DNA from: an uncultured bacterium
GTDB lineage: Bacteria; Omnitrophota; Omnitrophia; Omnitrophales; Abzuiibacteriaceae
Direction: 5' to 3'
DNA length: 64,000 nt
Assembly (NCBI GenBank): GCA_964387845.1
Contig: CAYLXA010000003.1
Span: 32,001-96,000 of the forward strand
Of this stretch, positions 28,740 to 38,228 are shown in pieces (positions within the stretch are counted from its first letter, which is position 1; every line of letters begins with the position of its first letter). Position numbers and translations under genes: made by a program. Below the pieces are notes generated by a model. The model ran no database searches, was not told the DNA's origin, and saw only the letters and a list, made by a program, of their open reading frames with translations.

Positions 28740-30074
28740 TTATCGATCAAGCTCTCCGCCGATCATATTGACCGACCCAAATGTGACAATAATGTCCGAC
28801 ACAAGGCCGCCGTTGATCATCAAAGGAAGCGCCGCCATAATCGGAAAGCACGGCGGGCGCACACGCACGCGATAAGGCCTTCCCGTTCCGTCTGAAATCA
28901 CGTAAAACCCGAGTTCGCCGTTGCCGCCCTCGACAGCTTGATAAACTTCACCCTTCGGCGGCCGGATTCCGTGCCCGTCCATAATCAATTTAAAATGCTG
29001 CATCAAACCTTCGATATTGCCGTAGGTGTCTTCTTTCGCGGGAAGTGCGGCGCGTTTCTCCTCGGTCAGAATTTCAGGATAGTAAAGTTTGGTGCTTCCT
29101 TCTAGCGTGGGATCCAAATCCACATACTGTTCCTGAATATTGTAAAGCCGGCCCATTTTGGCATCATCAACCATTGCCGATGCCGGCACTTCGCGCCCTT
29201 CCATATCCACCAACACAGAGCCTCCGGGAATTTTCGAGAATGCCTGCTCGACAATCCGCATGCTTTGCTCAATTTCCTCCATCCGGACCAAATAGCGGTC
29301 GTAATTGTCGCCGACCGTACCGACCGGCACTTCAAAATCAAATTGGTCATAGACCAAATAGGGACAATCCTTCCGGACATCAAAATCTACGCCTGTGGAA
29401 CGCAAAAACGGGCCCGTGATTCCGTAAGCAATCGCATTTTTTTTGGAAATAATGCCGGTTCCTTTCAAGCGATCGACAAAAATCCGGTTCGTAGTTAGGA
29501 GCCCGTGACATTCCTTTAAAACTTTCCGGGTTTCTTCTATGGCCTTGCAAACCGCCGGTTCAAATTCAGGCGGCATATCGGCTTTCACGCCGCCCGGACG
29601 CACGTAAGAAATGGTGAGCCGCGCGCCGGTGATCATTTCGATGGTTTTCCAAACCATCTCACGCGCTTTCACCATGTACAAAAACACTGTGAAAGCCCCG
29701 ATTTCCATCGCACTCGCGCCGACGCAGGTTAAATGATCGCAAACGCGGGAAAGTTCTGAGGTGATGACACGGATAAATTGCGCACGCTCGGGAACTTTAA
29801 GGTCGAACAATTTTTCAATGGCCATGCAATAGCCGGCGTTATTGATTAATGGTGATACATAATTCAGGCGGTCCGTGTAAGGAATCACCTGTAAATAACC
29901 GCTCTGCTCCGAAGATTTTTCGAAAGCTCTGTGAAGATAGCCGATCTCGACTTCGGAGCTCACGACCTTTTCGCCGTCAAGCTCCAAAAGAAGCCGCACG
30001 ATTCCGTGCATCGCCGGATGCGACGGACCCATATTCAGCATCATGGTTTCGGATTTAGTTTGCTTGGTGGTCAA
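28740..30074 (-). CDS. nuoD: NADH-quinone oxidoreductase subunit D
   Basis: 444 aa; NMGPSHPAMHGIVRL start typical of 49-kDa subunit; C-terminal RVRVRPPCF. Confidence 0.9.
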   Translation of the reverse strand: MTTKQTKSETMMLNMGPSHPAMHGIVRLLLELDGEKVVSSEVEIGYLHRAFEKSSEQSGYLQVIPYTDRLNYVSPLINNAGYCMAIEKLFDLKVPERAQFIRVITSELSRVCDHLTCVGASAMEIGAFTVFLYMVKAREMVWKTIEMITGARLTISYVRPGGVKADMPPEFEPAVCKAIEETRKVLKECHGLLTTNRIFVDRLKGTGIISKKNAIAYGITGPFLRSTGVDFDVRKDCPYLVYDQFDFEVPVGTVGDNYDRYLVRMEEIEQSMRIVEQAFSKIPGGSVLVDMEGREVPASAMVDDAKMGRLYNIQEQYVDLDPTLEGSTKLYYPEILTEEKRAALPAKEDTYGNIEGLMQHFKLIMDGHGIRPPKGEVYQAVEGGNGELGFYVISDGTGRPYRVRVRPPCFPIMAALPLMINGGLVSDIIVTFGSVNMIGGELDR

Positions 30075-30550
30075 TTTTTGGGCCCAATCAATGGTTGACG
30101 TTTATTTACCGGATAATCTTTGCGCAAAGGATGCCCCACAAATTCGTCATACATTAAAATGCGCTTCAAATCCGGATGGCCTTGAAAACGGATACCGAAC
30201 ATGTCCCACACTTCGCGTTCAAACCAATCCGCAGCAGGCCAGATCGAAGTAACAGACTCAATCGTTAAATCGCTTTCATCGAGACCGGCTTTCACGCGTA
30301 TACGGCGCTTTTTACCGATCGAATAAAGATGATACACAACGTCAAACCTGGGCGCCCGCTCTTGCCAGAGGTAATCAACACCGCACAAATCCATGAGCAT
30401 GTTGAAATCGAGTTCCATGTCGGATTTCAAATAGTACAAAACTTCGTAAACAAATTCCTTTTTAACGACAACGGTATCATCGCCGCGGAAAGAGCTGGTT
30501 TCTAAAACAGCTTTCGGAAAATGTTCTGCGATTTTTTCTAAATTTGACAT
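30071..30550 (-). CDS. nuoC: NADH-quinone oxidoreductase subunit C
   Basis: 159 aa, 30-kDa subunit-like; overlaps nuoD by 4 nt. Confidence 0.85.
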   Translation of the reverse strand: MSNLEKIAEHFPKAVLETSSFRGDDTVVVKKEFVYEVLYYLKSDMELDFNMLMDLCGVDYLWQERAPRFDVVYHLYSIGKKRRIRVKAGLDESDLTIESVTSIWPAADWFEREVWDMFGIRFQGHPDLKRILMYDEFVGHPLRKDYPVNKRQPLIGPKN

Positions 30551-30571
30551 GATTTTTTCTTTCGGAGAGAA

Positions 30572-31075
30572 CTAAATACCGACAGGCCTTGATTCCGAAA
30601 CCCTTGCCTCGCCGTTTGCGTCTCTTTGAATCTTGTTTTGTAATTTCATGAGCCCGTCCATCACATTTTCAGGACGCGGCGGACAGCCCGGAATGTACAC
30701 ATCCACCGGGATAATCGTATCAATGCCCATCACTGTCGCGTAATTGTCGTAAAACCCGCCGGTGCAAGTACAAACACCAAACGCCACCACCCATTTAGGC
30801 TCACACATTTGATCATAAATCCGTTTCAAAACCGGCGCCATTTTGTGGCTAATGGTGCCGACTACAAGCAACACATCAGATTGGCGCGGGCTGAATCTTG
30901 GGAACCCGGCACCAAAACGGTCCAGATCGTGATGCGCGCAGGCAACCGACATATATTCAATTCCGCAACAAGCCGTTACAAACGGATATTGAAAGAGCGA
31001 ATACTTCCGAGCCCATCCCAAAATATCATTCAGCTTTGTTGTCACAAATCCGGCGTCAGACTGATTTTCCATCAT
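30572..31075 (-). CDS. nuoB: NADH-quinone oxidoreductase subunit B
   Basis: 167 aa; N2 cluster Cys motifs (CCGIEYM, GVCTCTGG, CPPRPE). Confidence 0.9.
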   Translation of the reverse strand: MMENQSDAGFVTTKLNDILGWARKYSLFQYPFVTACCGIEYMSVACAHHDLDRFGAGFPRFSPRQSDVLLVVGTISHKMAPVLKRIYDQMCEPKWVVAFGVCTCTGGFYDNYATVMGIDTIIPVDVYIPGCPPRPENVMDGLMKLQNKIQRDANGEARVSESRPVGI

Positions 31076-31440
31076 TCCACCTCAAGCGCGCGCTTTTTCC
31101 AGGCATACACATAAGCCAATAAAATAAAGAAAACAAAAATGCTAATGTGAAAAAGCCCTGCAAATCCAAGTTCTTTAAACAAAACCGCCCAGGGAAATAA
31201 AAACATCAGCTCAACATCAAACACGATAAAAATCATCGCGATCAGATAAAAATGAATTTGAAGTTTCCGGTGGCTGGGCGGCGTGAGCGGATCTTTGCCG
31301 CACTCATAAGGAAGGTCTTTCACCGGATTTCGTTTTTTTGGGCCTAGAATCGAGCCCAGAAAAATCATAATCCCTGATAAAGCGAGCGACAAAATAAAGA
31401 TAATAATGATTCCGATATAGTCCTGGAGCATAGAGTGCAA
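31072..31440 (-). CDS. nuoA: NADH-quinone oxidoreductase subunit A
   Basis: 122 aa, three TM helices, NuoA-like; overlaps nuoB start. Confidence 0.85.
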   Translation of the reverse strand: MHSMLQDYIGIIIIFILSLALSGIMIFLGSILGPKKRNPVKDLPYECGKDPLTPPSHRKLQIHFYLIAMIFIVFDVELMFLFPWAVLFKELGFAGLFHISIFVFFILLAYVYAWKKRALEVE

Positions 31441-31478
31441 TTATATAAGAAATCGCGAAAAATGCTAAGAGAAAACGG

Positions 31479-31964
31479 TTAATTGAGCATGCCGCGGAGG
31501 CGATTCACGGCGCGGGCGGCAAGAGTGTAATCGGGATTTTCTTTAAGAGAAAGTTGGTAATATTCAAGCGCTTTCACCCAATTTCCCTTCTTTTCGTATA
31601 CTCGGCCCAGATTGTAATGCGGGTAGCAGTAACTTTCATAGCGTTTGGCTTGCGTGGCTTTCATGAGCCATTCGACGGCTTCGTCGTATTTTCCGAGCTC
31701 GATTAGATAGGCGCCGATATCGTTGTAAGGATTTCCAAAATCAGGATCGATCGAAATGGCTTTTTTACATTCCTCGATCGCTTCACTGTGGCGGCCCTGA
31801 AAACTGTAGGACCAGCCCAAAAAAGTATGCGCTTCGGCGGTCGGATAGACTTCAATCGATTTTTGGTAATTCAAAATCGCCTCCTCGACCTTGCCTTCCA
31901 TTTGGAGCTTATAGCCTTTTTCGAAAAGCTCCTGCGCAATTTCGCGTTCCGGTTTCCATTCCAT
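31479..31964 (-). CDS. TPR-repeat protein
   Basis: 161 aa of consecutive TPR motifs. Confidence 0.6.
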   Translation of the reverse strand: MEWKPEREIAQELFEKGYKLQMEGKVEEAILNYQKSIEVYPTAEAHTFLGWSYSFQGRHSEAIEECKKAISIDPDFGNPYNDIGAYLIELGKYDEAVEWLMKATQAKRYESYCYPHYNLGRVYEKKGNWVKALEYYQLSLKENPDYTLAARAVNRLRGMLN

Positions 31965-32048
31965 AGTCAGCGTACAGCGGACAGCGTATAGCGTTCAGGA
32001 TCAGGTTCGATTAACTTTACCTGACCGCTGAGCGCTGCACGCTGAACG

Positions 32049-32699
32049 CTAATATCCCATTCTTTGATGCAAAAAGTTTTGTAAATTGCCTGCCTGTAAA
32101 TACGGATTGTGTTTCCGCTCCTGATCAATCGTCGACGATGTCGCTTCATCCGAATAATTGTGGCCGGGAAATAAAATCGTACTGCCGTCCAGTTCCGACA
32201 AACGTTTCAAGCTGTGATACATTTCCTCCGCGTTTCCGCCCGGAAGATCGCAGCGGCCGCAAGCATTGATAAAAAGTGTGTCGCCCGAAATTAACCGGTT
32301 TTGAACCAAGAAACATTGCGAGCCCGGCGTGTGCCCAGGCGTATGAAGCAGCGTGATTTCCACATCGCCGACGTTAATTTTATCGCCGCCCTCAACTTTC
32401 TTCAAATTGCCGCTCATGCCTTTTAAATAGGGCGCTTCGGATTTGTGAATATACGCAACGCCGTCTGTGGCATTCAGAAGTTCTTCCAAACCATTCACAT
32501 GGTCAAAATGCGCATGCGTAATAAGAGCGCCTTTGATTTTAAGGTCTTCTTTTTTGGCCTCTTTTAAGATGGTATCCACCTGCCAGGCGGGATCAACCAC
32601 AAAAACTTCGCGCATGTTTGGGTCACCCACAAAGTAGACGAAGTTTTGCATGGGCCCGACTTCCATTTGCTTCAAGTAAAGGGTTCCGGAGATTGCCAT
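32049..32699 (-). CDS. MBL-fold metallo-hydrolase
   Basis: 216 aa; HAHFDH metal-binding motif. Confidence 0.8.
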   Translation of the reverse strand: MAISGTLYLKQMEVGPMQNFVYFVGDPNMREVFVVDPAWQVDTILKEAKKEDLKIKGALITHAHFDHVNGLEELLNATDGVAYIHKSEAPYLKGMSGNLKKVEGGDKINVGDVEITLLHTPGHTPGSQCFLVQNRLISGDTLFINACGRCDLPGGNAEEMYHSLKRLSELDGSTILFPGHNYSDEATSSTIDQERKHNPYLQAGNLQNFLHQRMGY

Positions 32700-32798
32700 A
32701 GCAGAACATCATAATATGTGAAGGATTTACGGTCAATAAGGCGGCAAATGGGCAGAAAAAAACCGCCCCGTTTAAGCTAAAAACAGGGCGGTTTTTTG

Positions 32799-33212
32799 TT
32801 AAATTTTTTCGTACAAATATCCCGTCAGCGCACCGACTAAAATAAACTCGGCCATGCCCCAAACAAACCAGCTGAGCGCAAGCACGCCCGGAATCGGAAG
32901 CACCACAAACCAAACCAAGTTCGGCATAATGGTCATCAGAAGCCCGACGAAAATACCGTAACACGCACCTTGCTGCACGGCTTCTTTTTTCGATTCGTGC
33001 CCCATTTCATAACCATAAACAAACACCGGCGCAAACAGCAAATAGCCAAGCCACATCATCCAGCAAACCTGTTTCATATTTTCCTGGGTCCGCCATATTG
33101 ATGCGGTTTGCTCGTACAGATCTTTCAAAACCATTCCGTGAACAAGATACTCAATCCCGGCCATGGCAATAAAAACGCCCACACTGATTTTCGCTAATTT
33201 ACCCAGCTTCAT
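32799..33212 (-). CDS. Small polytopic membrane protein, unknown function
   Basis: 137 aa, four predicted TM helices. Confidence 0.4.
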   Translation of the reverse strand: MKLGKLAKISVGVFIAMAGIEYLVHGMVLKDLYEQTASIWRTQENMKQVCWMMWLGYLLFAPVFVYGYEMGHESKKEAVQQGACYGIFVGLLMTIMPNLVWFVVLPIPGVLALSWFVWGMAEFILVGALTGYLYEKI

Positions 33213-33251
33213 TGGAGCCCCCCTGTTTTTGAAGTGATTGAGTATGAAATA

Positions 33252-33824
33252 TTAGGCAGAGATTGTTTGTTCTTTGAGGAGCTTCCGGTAGGAACGTTCT
33301 TCTTTGTGCTTGTCTTCGAACCCGAGTTTTTCCGCGATTGATTTAATACTTTTCGGAAACCCTTCGATTTCAACGAACCAACCGCAGGACGGCAAATGAT
33401 CGAGGCAAATCGTGGCGTCCTGCCATTTGAATTCTTCGCGGTTTTTCCCGTAAGATGCCGTCACTCGGAATCCCATTGCAACCAAAATCCGGCGCATACT
33501 TTCAAAATGAACCGGTGTTTCAATTTCGAGGCGGCGCTTATGCTCACCTTTCAGGCGTTTTCCTTTTAATGTGAGCCATGCCCCATAATCGCCGTGAAAC
33601 CGGAGCCGCACGATTTGTTTGCGCTTCCTGAATGTCTTTCCGATATCAAAAAGTTCGTTGTGTTCGTAGCCAACTTTGACGCGTTTAGCACCGAGTGCGC
33701 GAAGTGTTTTTCGGATTGAGTGAGGGTCTTCGACGCGGTATTTTTGCTCAACTTCAACATGCGTTGTGATCAGCCGTTCGTGAAGCTGTTCGGCCTGTAG
33801 TTCTTCAAATTTAGACTTTTTCAT
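33252..33824 (-). CDS. CYTH-domain (triphosphate tunnel metalloenzyme / CyaB-like) protein
   Basis: 190 aa; N-terminal EVEQKYRV...acidic/basic beta-strand pattern typical of CYTH. Confidence 0.6.
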   Translation of the reverse strand: MKKSKFEELQAEQLHERLITTHVEVEQKYRVEDPHSIRKTLRALGAKRVKVGYEHNELFDIGKTFRKRKQIVRLRFHGDYGAWLTLKGKRLKGEHKRRLEIETPVHFESMRRILVAMGFRVTASYGKNREEFKWQDATICLDHLPSCGWFVEIEGFPKSIKSIAEKLGFEDKHKEERSYRKLLKEQTISA

Positions 33825-33887
33825 CTTAAAAGAACTATCGGCAAAAGAAGAAAAGGAGTTAAGAAAGGGATTTCGAGAAGAAATAAA

Positions 33888-33925
33888 AAAGGCAGCTTAT
33901 TGAAAGCTGCCTTTTTTATTGTTAC
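33888..33925. terminator. Bidirectional rho-independent terminator (aaaaaaggcagctt-attg-aaagctgcctttttt)
   Basis: GC stem flanked by A-tract and T-tract seen directly in sequence. Confidence 0.7.
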
Positions 33926-33948
33926 TAATCAATCTAAGTGCGGTGGTC

Positions 33949-34119
33949 TAGCCCTCTGCGCCGGATGTACCGTACGGTGTTTCAATGAGAGGTTCTTGGC
34001 CTTTCATATAAACCCACGCGCAATCAAGAAAAACTATTGGGTCGGTTGCCATTGCTGCTGATGGGGCTAAAGTCATAAATAATGACGCTGCAACAAAAAA
34101 CGCTGCGATTGTTTTCATG
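33949..34119 (-). CDS. Small secreted peptide (56 aa), not in ORF track
   Basis: ATG (complement of 34117..34119) preceded by GAGGA 5 nt upstream; MKTIAAFFVAASLFMTLAPSAAMA signal peptide with AxA site; mature about 32 aa TDPIVFLDCAWVYMKGQEPLIETPYGTSGAEG. Confidence 0.4.
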
Positions 34120-34277
34120 GATTCCTCACGGTTAATAAATGAACGGTTGCAAAATTCTTATACCGCCATAACTTGTGCTTGTCAACATTCAATTATCGGA
34201 CGCTGGCAGCTAGATATTGATCCAACAATACGCAACTGTCCTTATTTACGCATATTTCATGTTCGGCTTTTAAATGT

Positions 34278-34811
34278 TTAATTTTTTTCAAGAGCTTGAA
34301 GCTCACGGCCACAGTTCCTGGAAACCCGGACAAAATCGGATGCCTCGACCGGCAGCGTGACTATAATTTGGGGTTGGCCGATGTAGGCCTGATCGCCGTC
34401 AGTCAAAGCGTTTGACTGGGCATTGATTAGAAAATCGGCGTTGATGATAAAATTACCGCATTGTGGGACGATAACATTTTGCGCAACCGCAATCACGTTT
34501 GAGGAATGCGGCAGAACCGTTGCCCGGACCGCGTTAAGGTCAAATACGCCGTAGTTTCCGCTCGGTCCCGAGGCATCTTCGATGACCACTTGGCCGATTG
34601 TGTAACCCGGCGTCAGCTGAATACCGCTTTGATTTAAAATGTAGTTGCGGCCTGTGTCGTTATGCAATATGACAGTAACGACCGCCGGGCGATTGGCCGC
34701 TACGGGTTCTTCGATATTCACTTCGACTCTCAATCCATCGTACGCATAAGCTGAAACACTTGCCAAAAACAACAGGGCAAAACTAATGAACATTACATTT
34801 TTCGATTTCAT
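34278..34811 (-). CDS. Secreted hypothetical protein
   Basis: 177 aa with signal peptide (FISFALLFLASVSAYA). Confidence 0.4.
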   Translation of the reverse strand: MKSKNVMFISFALLFLASVSAYAYDGLRVEVNIEEPVAANRPAVVTVILHNDTGRNYILNQSGIQLTPGYTIGQVVIEDASGPSGNYGVFDLNAVRATVLPHSSNVIAVAQNVIVPQCGNFIINADFLINAQSNALTDGDQAYIGQPQIIVTLPVEASDFVRVSRNCGRELQALEKN

Positions 34812-34893
34812 GATTTCTCCTTTGATGACTGAAATATCAACGAATCTGGGTTTAACTATCGGCTAAAAATGTAATTCTAAATAGAATTTTTGA

Positions 34894-35223
34894 CTACCAC
34901 TTTTTGAATACAAAGAAAACAGCGCCGGCCATGAGCGCAAATCCGACGAGATAATTCCAACGAAGCTCTTCTTTTAAATAAACGACGGAAAAAACGCAGA
35001 ACACGGCAAGCGTGATAACTTCCTGAATGGTCTTAAGCTGCGCCGTTGTAAAAGTTTCAGAACCAATGCGGTTGGCAGGCACTTGAAAGCAATACTCCAA
35101 AAAAGCAATTAGCCAACTAATGACGATCACGCGCCACAGTGCGACATTCTTAAATTTTAAATGGCCGTACCAGGCAAACGTCATGAAAATATTGGAAATC
35201 GTAAGAAGGATAATGGCTCTCAT
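34894..35223 (-). CDS. Small DMT-like (DUF486-type) membrane protein
   Basis: 109 aa, 4 TM helices. Confidence 0.4.
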   Translation of the reverse strand: MRAIILLTISNIFMTFAWYGHLKFKNVALWRVIVISWLIAFLEYCFQVPANRIGSETFTTAQLKTIQEVITLAVFCVFSVVYLKEELRWNYLVGFALMAGAVFFVFKKW

Positions 35224-35529
35224 TTATAAAACCCTGGCTTTGTCAGCCCATTCAGTGAATAAATCTGAATTTTCGATGATATCGACCGGGACTTCGTAAT
35301 AATTCTTGAAGGTCGCGTCTTTGGAAGGCTTGAAAGGCTTCATGCCGTGCTCTTTGTGCCGCTTCTTTGCGGCGTCATCCGTCTTAAAATAAATCCGGCC
35401 ATTATAAATAATGCCGAAAAACTTGCCTTCCGAATAAACACCGTAACCGCCGAACATGCGCTTGGCTTCAATGTCCTTGACGCTGTGCAGTTGGTCTAAA
35501 ATAAAATCCTTAAACGTCTCGTCTTTCAC
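35224..35529 (-). CDS. TfoX/Sxy N-terminal-domain protein
   Basis: 101 aa; KRMFGGYGVYSEGKFFGIIYNGRIYFK typical of TfoX_N. Confidence 0.6.
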   Translation of the reverse strand: MKDETFKDFILDQLHSVKDIEAKRMFGGYGVYSEGKFFGIIYNGRIYFKTDDAAKKRHKEHGMKPFKPSKDATFKNYYEVPVDIIENSDLFTEWADKARVL

Positions 35530-35551
35530 CGGTTTCAGCCGCCCAACTTAA

Positions 35552-37111
35552 TTAAAGTGTCCTAGCGTACTCATTCCGCTTGAGTTTCCAAACGGGGACG
35601 CCGCAGAAGCGGTCGCCTTCGGGGCAAAAGGGCTTAGTGCCGCCGCGCTCGCGAAGGCCGCAAGGCGGAAGAATGAATTGGGTGATGCGGGGATGGATTT
35701 TGGCGACTTCCTCGACTTCGTCCAAACACATGCGCCAAATTTCTTCCTGTGCTGTGTAACAAAGCCGCGTCGTCCATTTGTGGTGAAGGTTCAAAAGATC
35801 GCCCGATTCTTCGAAGCGAATCGGAAACGCGTTCGGCAGCAAATACATCGCAAATTCGGGCTTCACACCTTGCCCGAGCAAAATATTAATGTTCTGCCAA
35901 ATAACGGACATTGTTTTTACGTATAAATCGTTTGCTTCGGCGCATTCGGCAATTAATGGCGGCGTGATAAAATCAGGAATCTCGGCTTGGAAATGCGAAA
36001 ATAAAATCGGCCGCGAGCCGGGCGTCATGCGGTGGCGCTGGTCTTGAGAGTCAGCCGTATGTGAGAGTTTTTTCATGAATGTGTAATGCGGATGCGAAAG
36101 TGTGCGCGTGAGTTTCGATAAGGAAGACAAATTCAAAGCTTCTTTAAAATACGTATTTTTCTGCGGATCCAAAACCGCCAAAATCGCGTCCGAATCGCTC
36201 AAATCCCGCTTCGTTAAACCCAAAATGCTGCGGACCGACTGTGCCAGCACCGCTTCGGAATTTACTTTATAATCCACAAGTTTCGATGTTTTATTCCCGA
36301 GCCGTTCGTCAAATTCCTTCACAAACGCGTTTTCGGGAACTTCCGTGATGCTCCGCTCGTAAACGGAAAACATTTTGTATTCCGGCGTTTCCGTGAGAGG
36401 AATCGGGTCTTCGATATTTTTAAAGAAAAGCGGATCGATTTCGTTCACAGCATCGATCATTTTTCCGACGACGAGATTTTGTTCGTATGGCGTATCGAAA
36501 ACGTTCTTTAATTTATTGTAACGGTGCAAAGTCAAGCCGCTAATCGTGTGATACAAATGCGCATAAGTCGCGATCGGCAGAATGTAGCGCGCAACTTCCT
36601 GCACTTTTTTCTTGATGGGGCCTTTCCATTTTTCGGGATCTTTCGAACGCACCGGAAAGATTTTAAAATAGTGTTTCTCCGTATCCTTCCACAAAATTTC
36701 AATCAACTTGTGATACACATCCATCTGTAAATTGGCTGTTGCGTGATACGTCTCAAGCAAATGTTCCGGAAGAGGCGGCGTAAAATAAGTGCCGGGCTTT
36801 ACGGCCACATAGCGCTGGCTCACCTGTTCGGAATTATAGAAAGTGTGATTGTGAAGAAAGCTCCAGATAAACTGGCGTGAGATTTTCTCGAGCGTAAATT
36901 GAAATGTGGAGTGCTGAATCGTTGTGTGGTGACCGGCTTGATAAATGGATTCGGCGATTTTGTCGCGCAGAGCAACCGCTTTATCGTCTTTGTCGACTTC
37001 TTCCGTGGAAATCACGCGCGAAGAATAGCAAGTCCGCGCCGTTGCGACCGCGTTATTGAACGGCTCTTTGAAGGAATTGATAAGGGTTACGACAGGCTGT
37101 TCTGAATTCAT
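35552..37111 (-). CDS. Long-form ThyX-like (FAD-dependent thymidylate synthase family) protein, tandem pseudo-dimer
   Basis: 519 aa; N-half has ThyX-like block GHHTTIQHSTFQFTLEKISRQFIWSFLHNHTFYNSEQVSQRYV (HNH where RHR is expected), C-half has RHRMTPGS. Confidence 0.5.
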   Translation of the reverse strand: MNSEQPVVTLINSFKEPFNNAVATARTCYSSRVISTEEVDKDDKAVALRDKIAESIYQAGHHTTIQHSTFQFTLEKISRQFIWSFLHNHTFYNSEQVSQRYVAVKPGTYFTPPLPEHLLETYHATANLQMDVYHKLIEILWKDTEKHYFKIFPVRSKDPEKWKGPIKKKVQEVARYILPIATYAHLYHTISGLTLHRYNKLKNVFDTPYEQNLVVGKMIDAVNEIDPLFFKNIEDPIPLTETPEYKMFSVYERSITEVPENAFVKEFDERLGNKTSKLVDYKVNSEAVLAQSVRSILGLTKRDLSDSDAILAVLDPQKNTYFKEALNLSSLSKLTRTLSHPHYTFMKKLSHTADSQDQRHRMTPGSRPILFSHFQAEIPDFITPPLIAECAEANDLYVKTMSVIWQNINILLGQGVKPEFAMYLLPNAFPIRFEESGDLLNLHHKWTTRLCYTAQEEIWRMCLDEVEEVAKIHPRITQFILPPCGLRERGGTKPFCPEGDRFCGVPVWKLKRNEYARTL

Positions 37112-37127
37112 TGGACGCGTATTATAT

Positions 37128-37262
37128 CAGTATCTGGTATCTCGTATCTAGTATCTAGTCCACCGCACCTCCTCACCCTATCCCTCTCCCCCTCTAAGGG
37201 GGAGAGGGTAAAGGAGAGGGGGTTTGTAAAACGAGATACTAGATACCAGATACTAAATACGG
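37128..37262. repeat. Long imperfect palindrome (family D) with polypurine/polypyrimidine core
   Basis: agtatctggtatctcgtatctagtatctagt ... ccctctccccctctaagggggagagggtaaaggagaggggg ... cgagatactagataccagatactaaatac. Confidence 0.7.
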
Positions 37263-37265
37263 AAG

Positions 37266-38228
37266 TTAGGATTTTTTTCGGGCAAGAACTTTTTCGACTG
37301 CTTTGAGGATACCGGCGGCGGTGAGGCCGTACTTTTCCATCAAACCATCCGGCGATCCGGATTCGGCGTAAGTGTCTTGAACGGCCACATATTCAATTGG
37401 TGTCGGACATTCCTCGGAAAGCACTTTCGCGACCACGCTTCCGAGGCCGCCGTAAATGGAATGTTCTTCTGCCGTCACAACGGCGCCGCATTTTTTGGCT
37501 TGAGCAACGACCAGCTCACGATCAAGCGGCTTAATGGTGTGAATGTCCACGACGGAAGCGTTAATTCCCTTTTCAGCCAATTTGTCCGCCGCAACAAGCG
37601 CTTCAAATACAAGAAGGCCGTTCGCAAAAATCGCGACGCTTGTGCCGTCTTTCAGCAAAACACCTTTTCCGATTTCAAATTTGGACACATCTGAGGCCGA
37701 ATAAACAAGCGGCGCTTTCGGACGCCCTGTGCGCATGAAAACCGGGCCTTTGTGTGCAACCATTTTCGCTGTGAGTCCCGCGGTTTCAAATTCATCGCAA
37801 GGGCCAAGCACAACAAAATTGGGCAAAGAAGCCGCGAGCGCGATATCTTCGATTGATTGCTGCGAAGCGCCGTCTTCGCCGATGGAAATACCGCAATGAG
37901 AACCGACGGCTTTTACATTTAATTCCGGAAATGCGACCGACATTCGAAGTTGGTCGTAAGTTTTACACATCAGAAACGTCGCGAAGCTGCTCATGCACGG
38001 AATAAATCCCGTAGTTGCAAGGCCTGAAGCGATACCCGCCATATTGGCTTCTTGAATGCCGCAATCAAAGAAACGATCCGGATGCGCTTTTGCGAAAACA
38101 TCGGTCTTTGTGGATTTTGCAAGATCGGCGTCCAGGACGATTACATTCGGGTTTGATTTGCCGACTTCGGCGATCGCCTTGCCGTACGCATCACGCGTTG
38201 CGGCGCCCATTTTACGTTCGCGGCTCAT
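37266..38228 (-). CDS. Transketolase, C-terminal (pyrimidine-binding) subunit
   Basis: 320 aa; split-transketolase B-chain motifs; overlaps N-terminal subunit gene by 4 nt. Confidence 0.9.
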   Translation of the reverse strand: MSRERKMGAATRDAYGKAIAEVGKSNPNVIVLDADLAKSTKTDVFAKAHPDRFFDCGIQEANMAGIASGLATTGFIPCMSSFATFLMCKTYDQLRMSVAFPELNVKAVGSHCGISIGEDGASQQSIEDIALAASLPNFVVLGPCDEFETAGLTAKMVAHKGPVFMRTGRPKAPLVYSASDVSKFEIGKGVLLKDGTSVAIFANGLLVFEALVAADKLAEKGINASVVDIHTIKPLDRELVVAQAKKCGAVVTAEEHSIYGGLGSVVAKVLSEECPTPIEYVAVQDTYAESGSPDGLMEKYGLTAAGILKAVEKVLARKKS

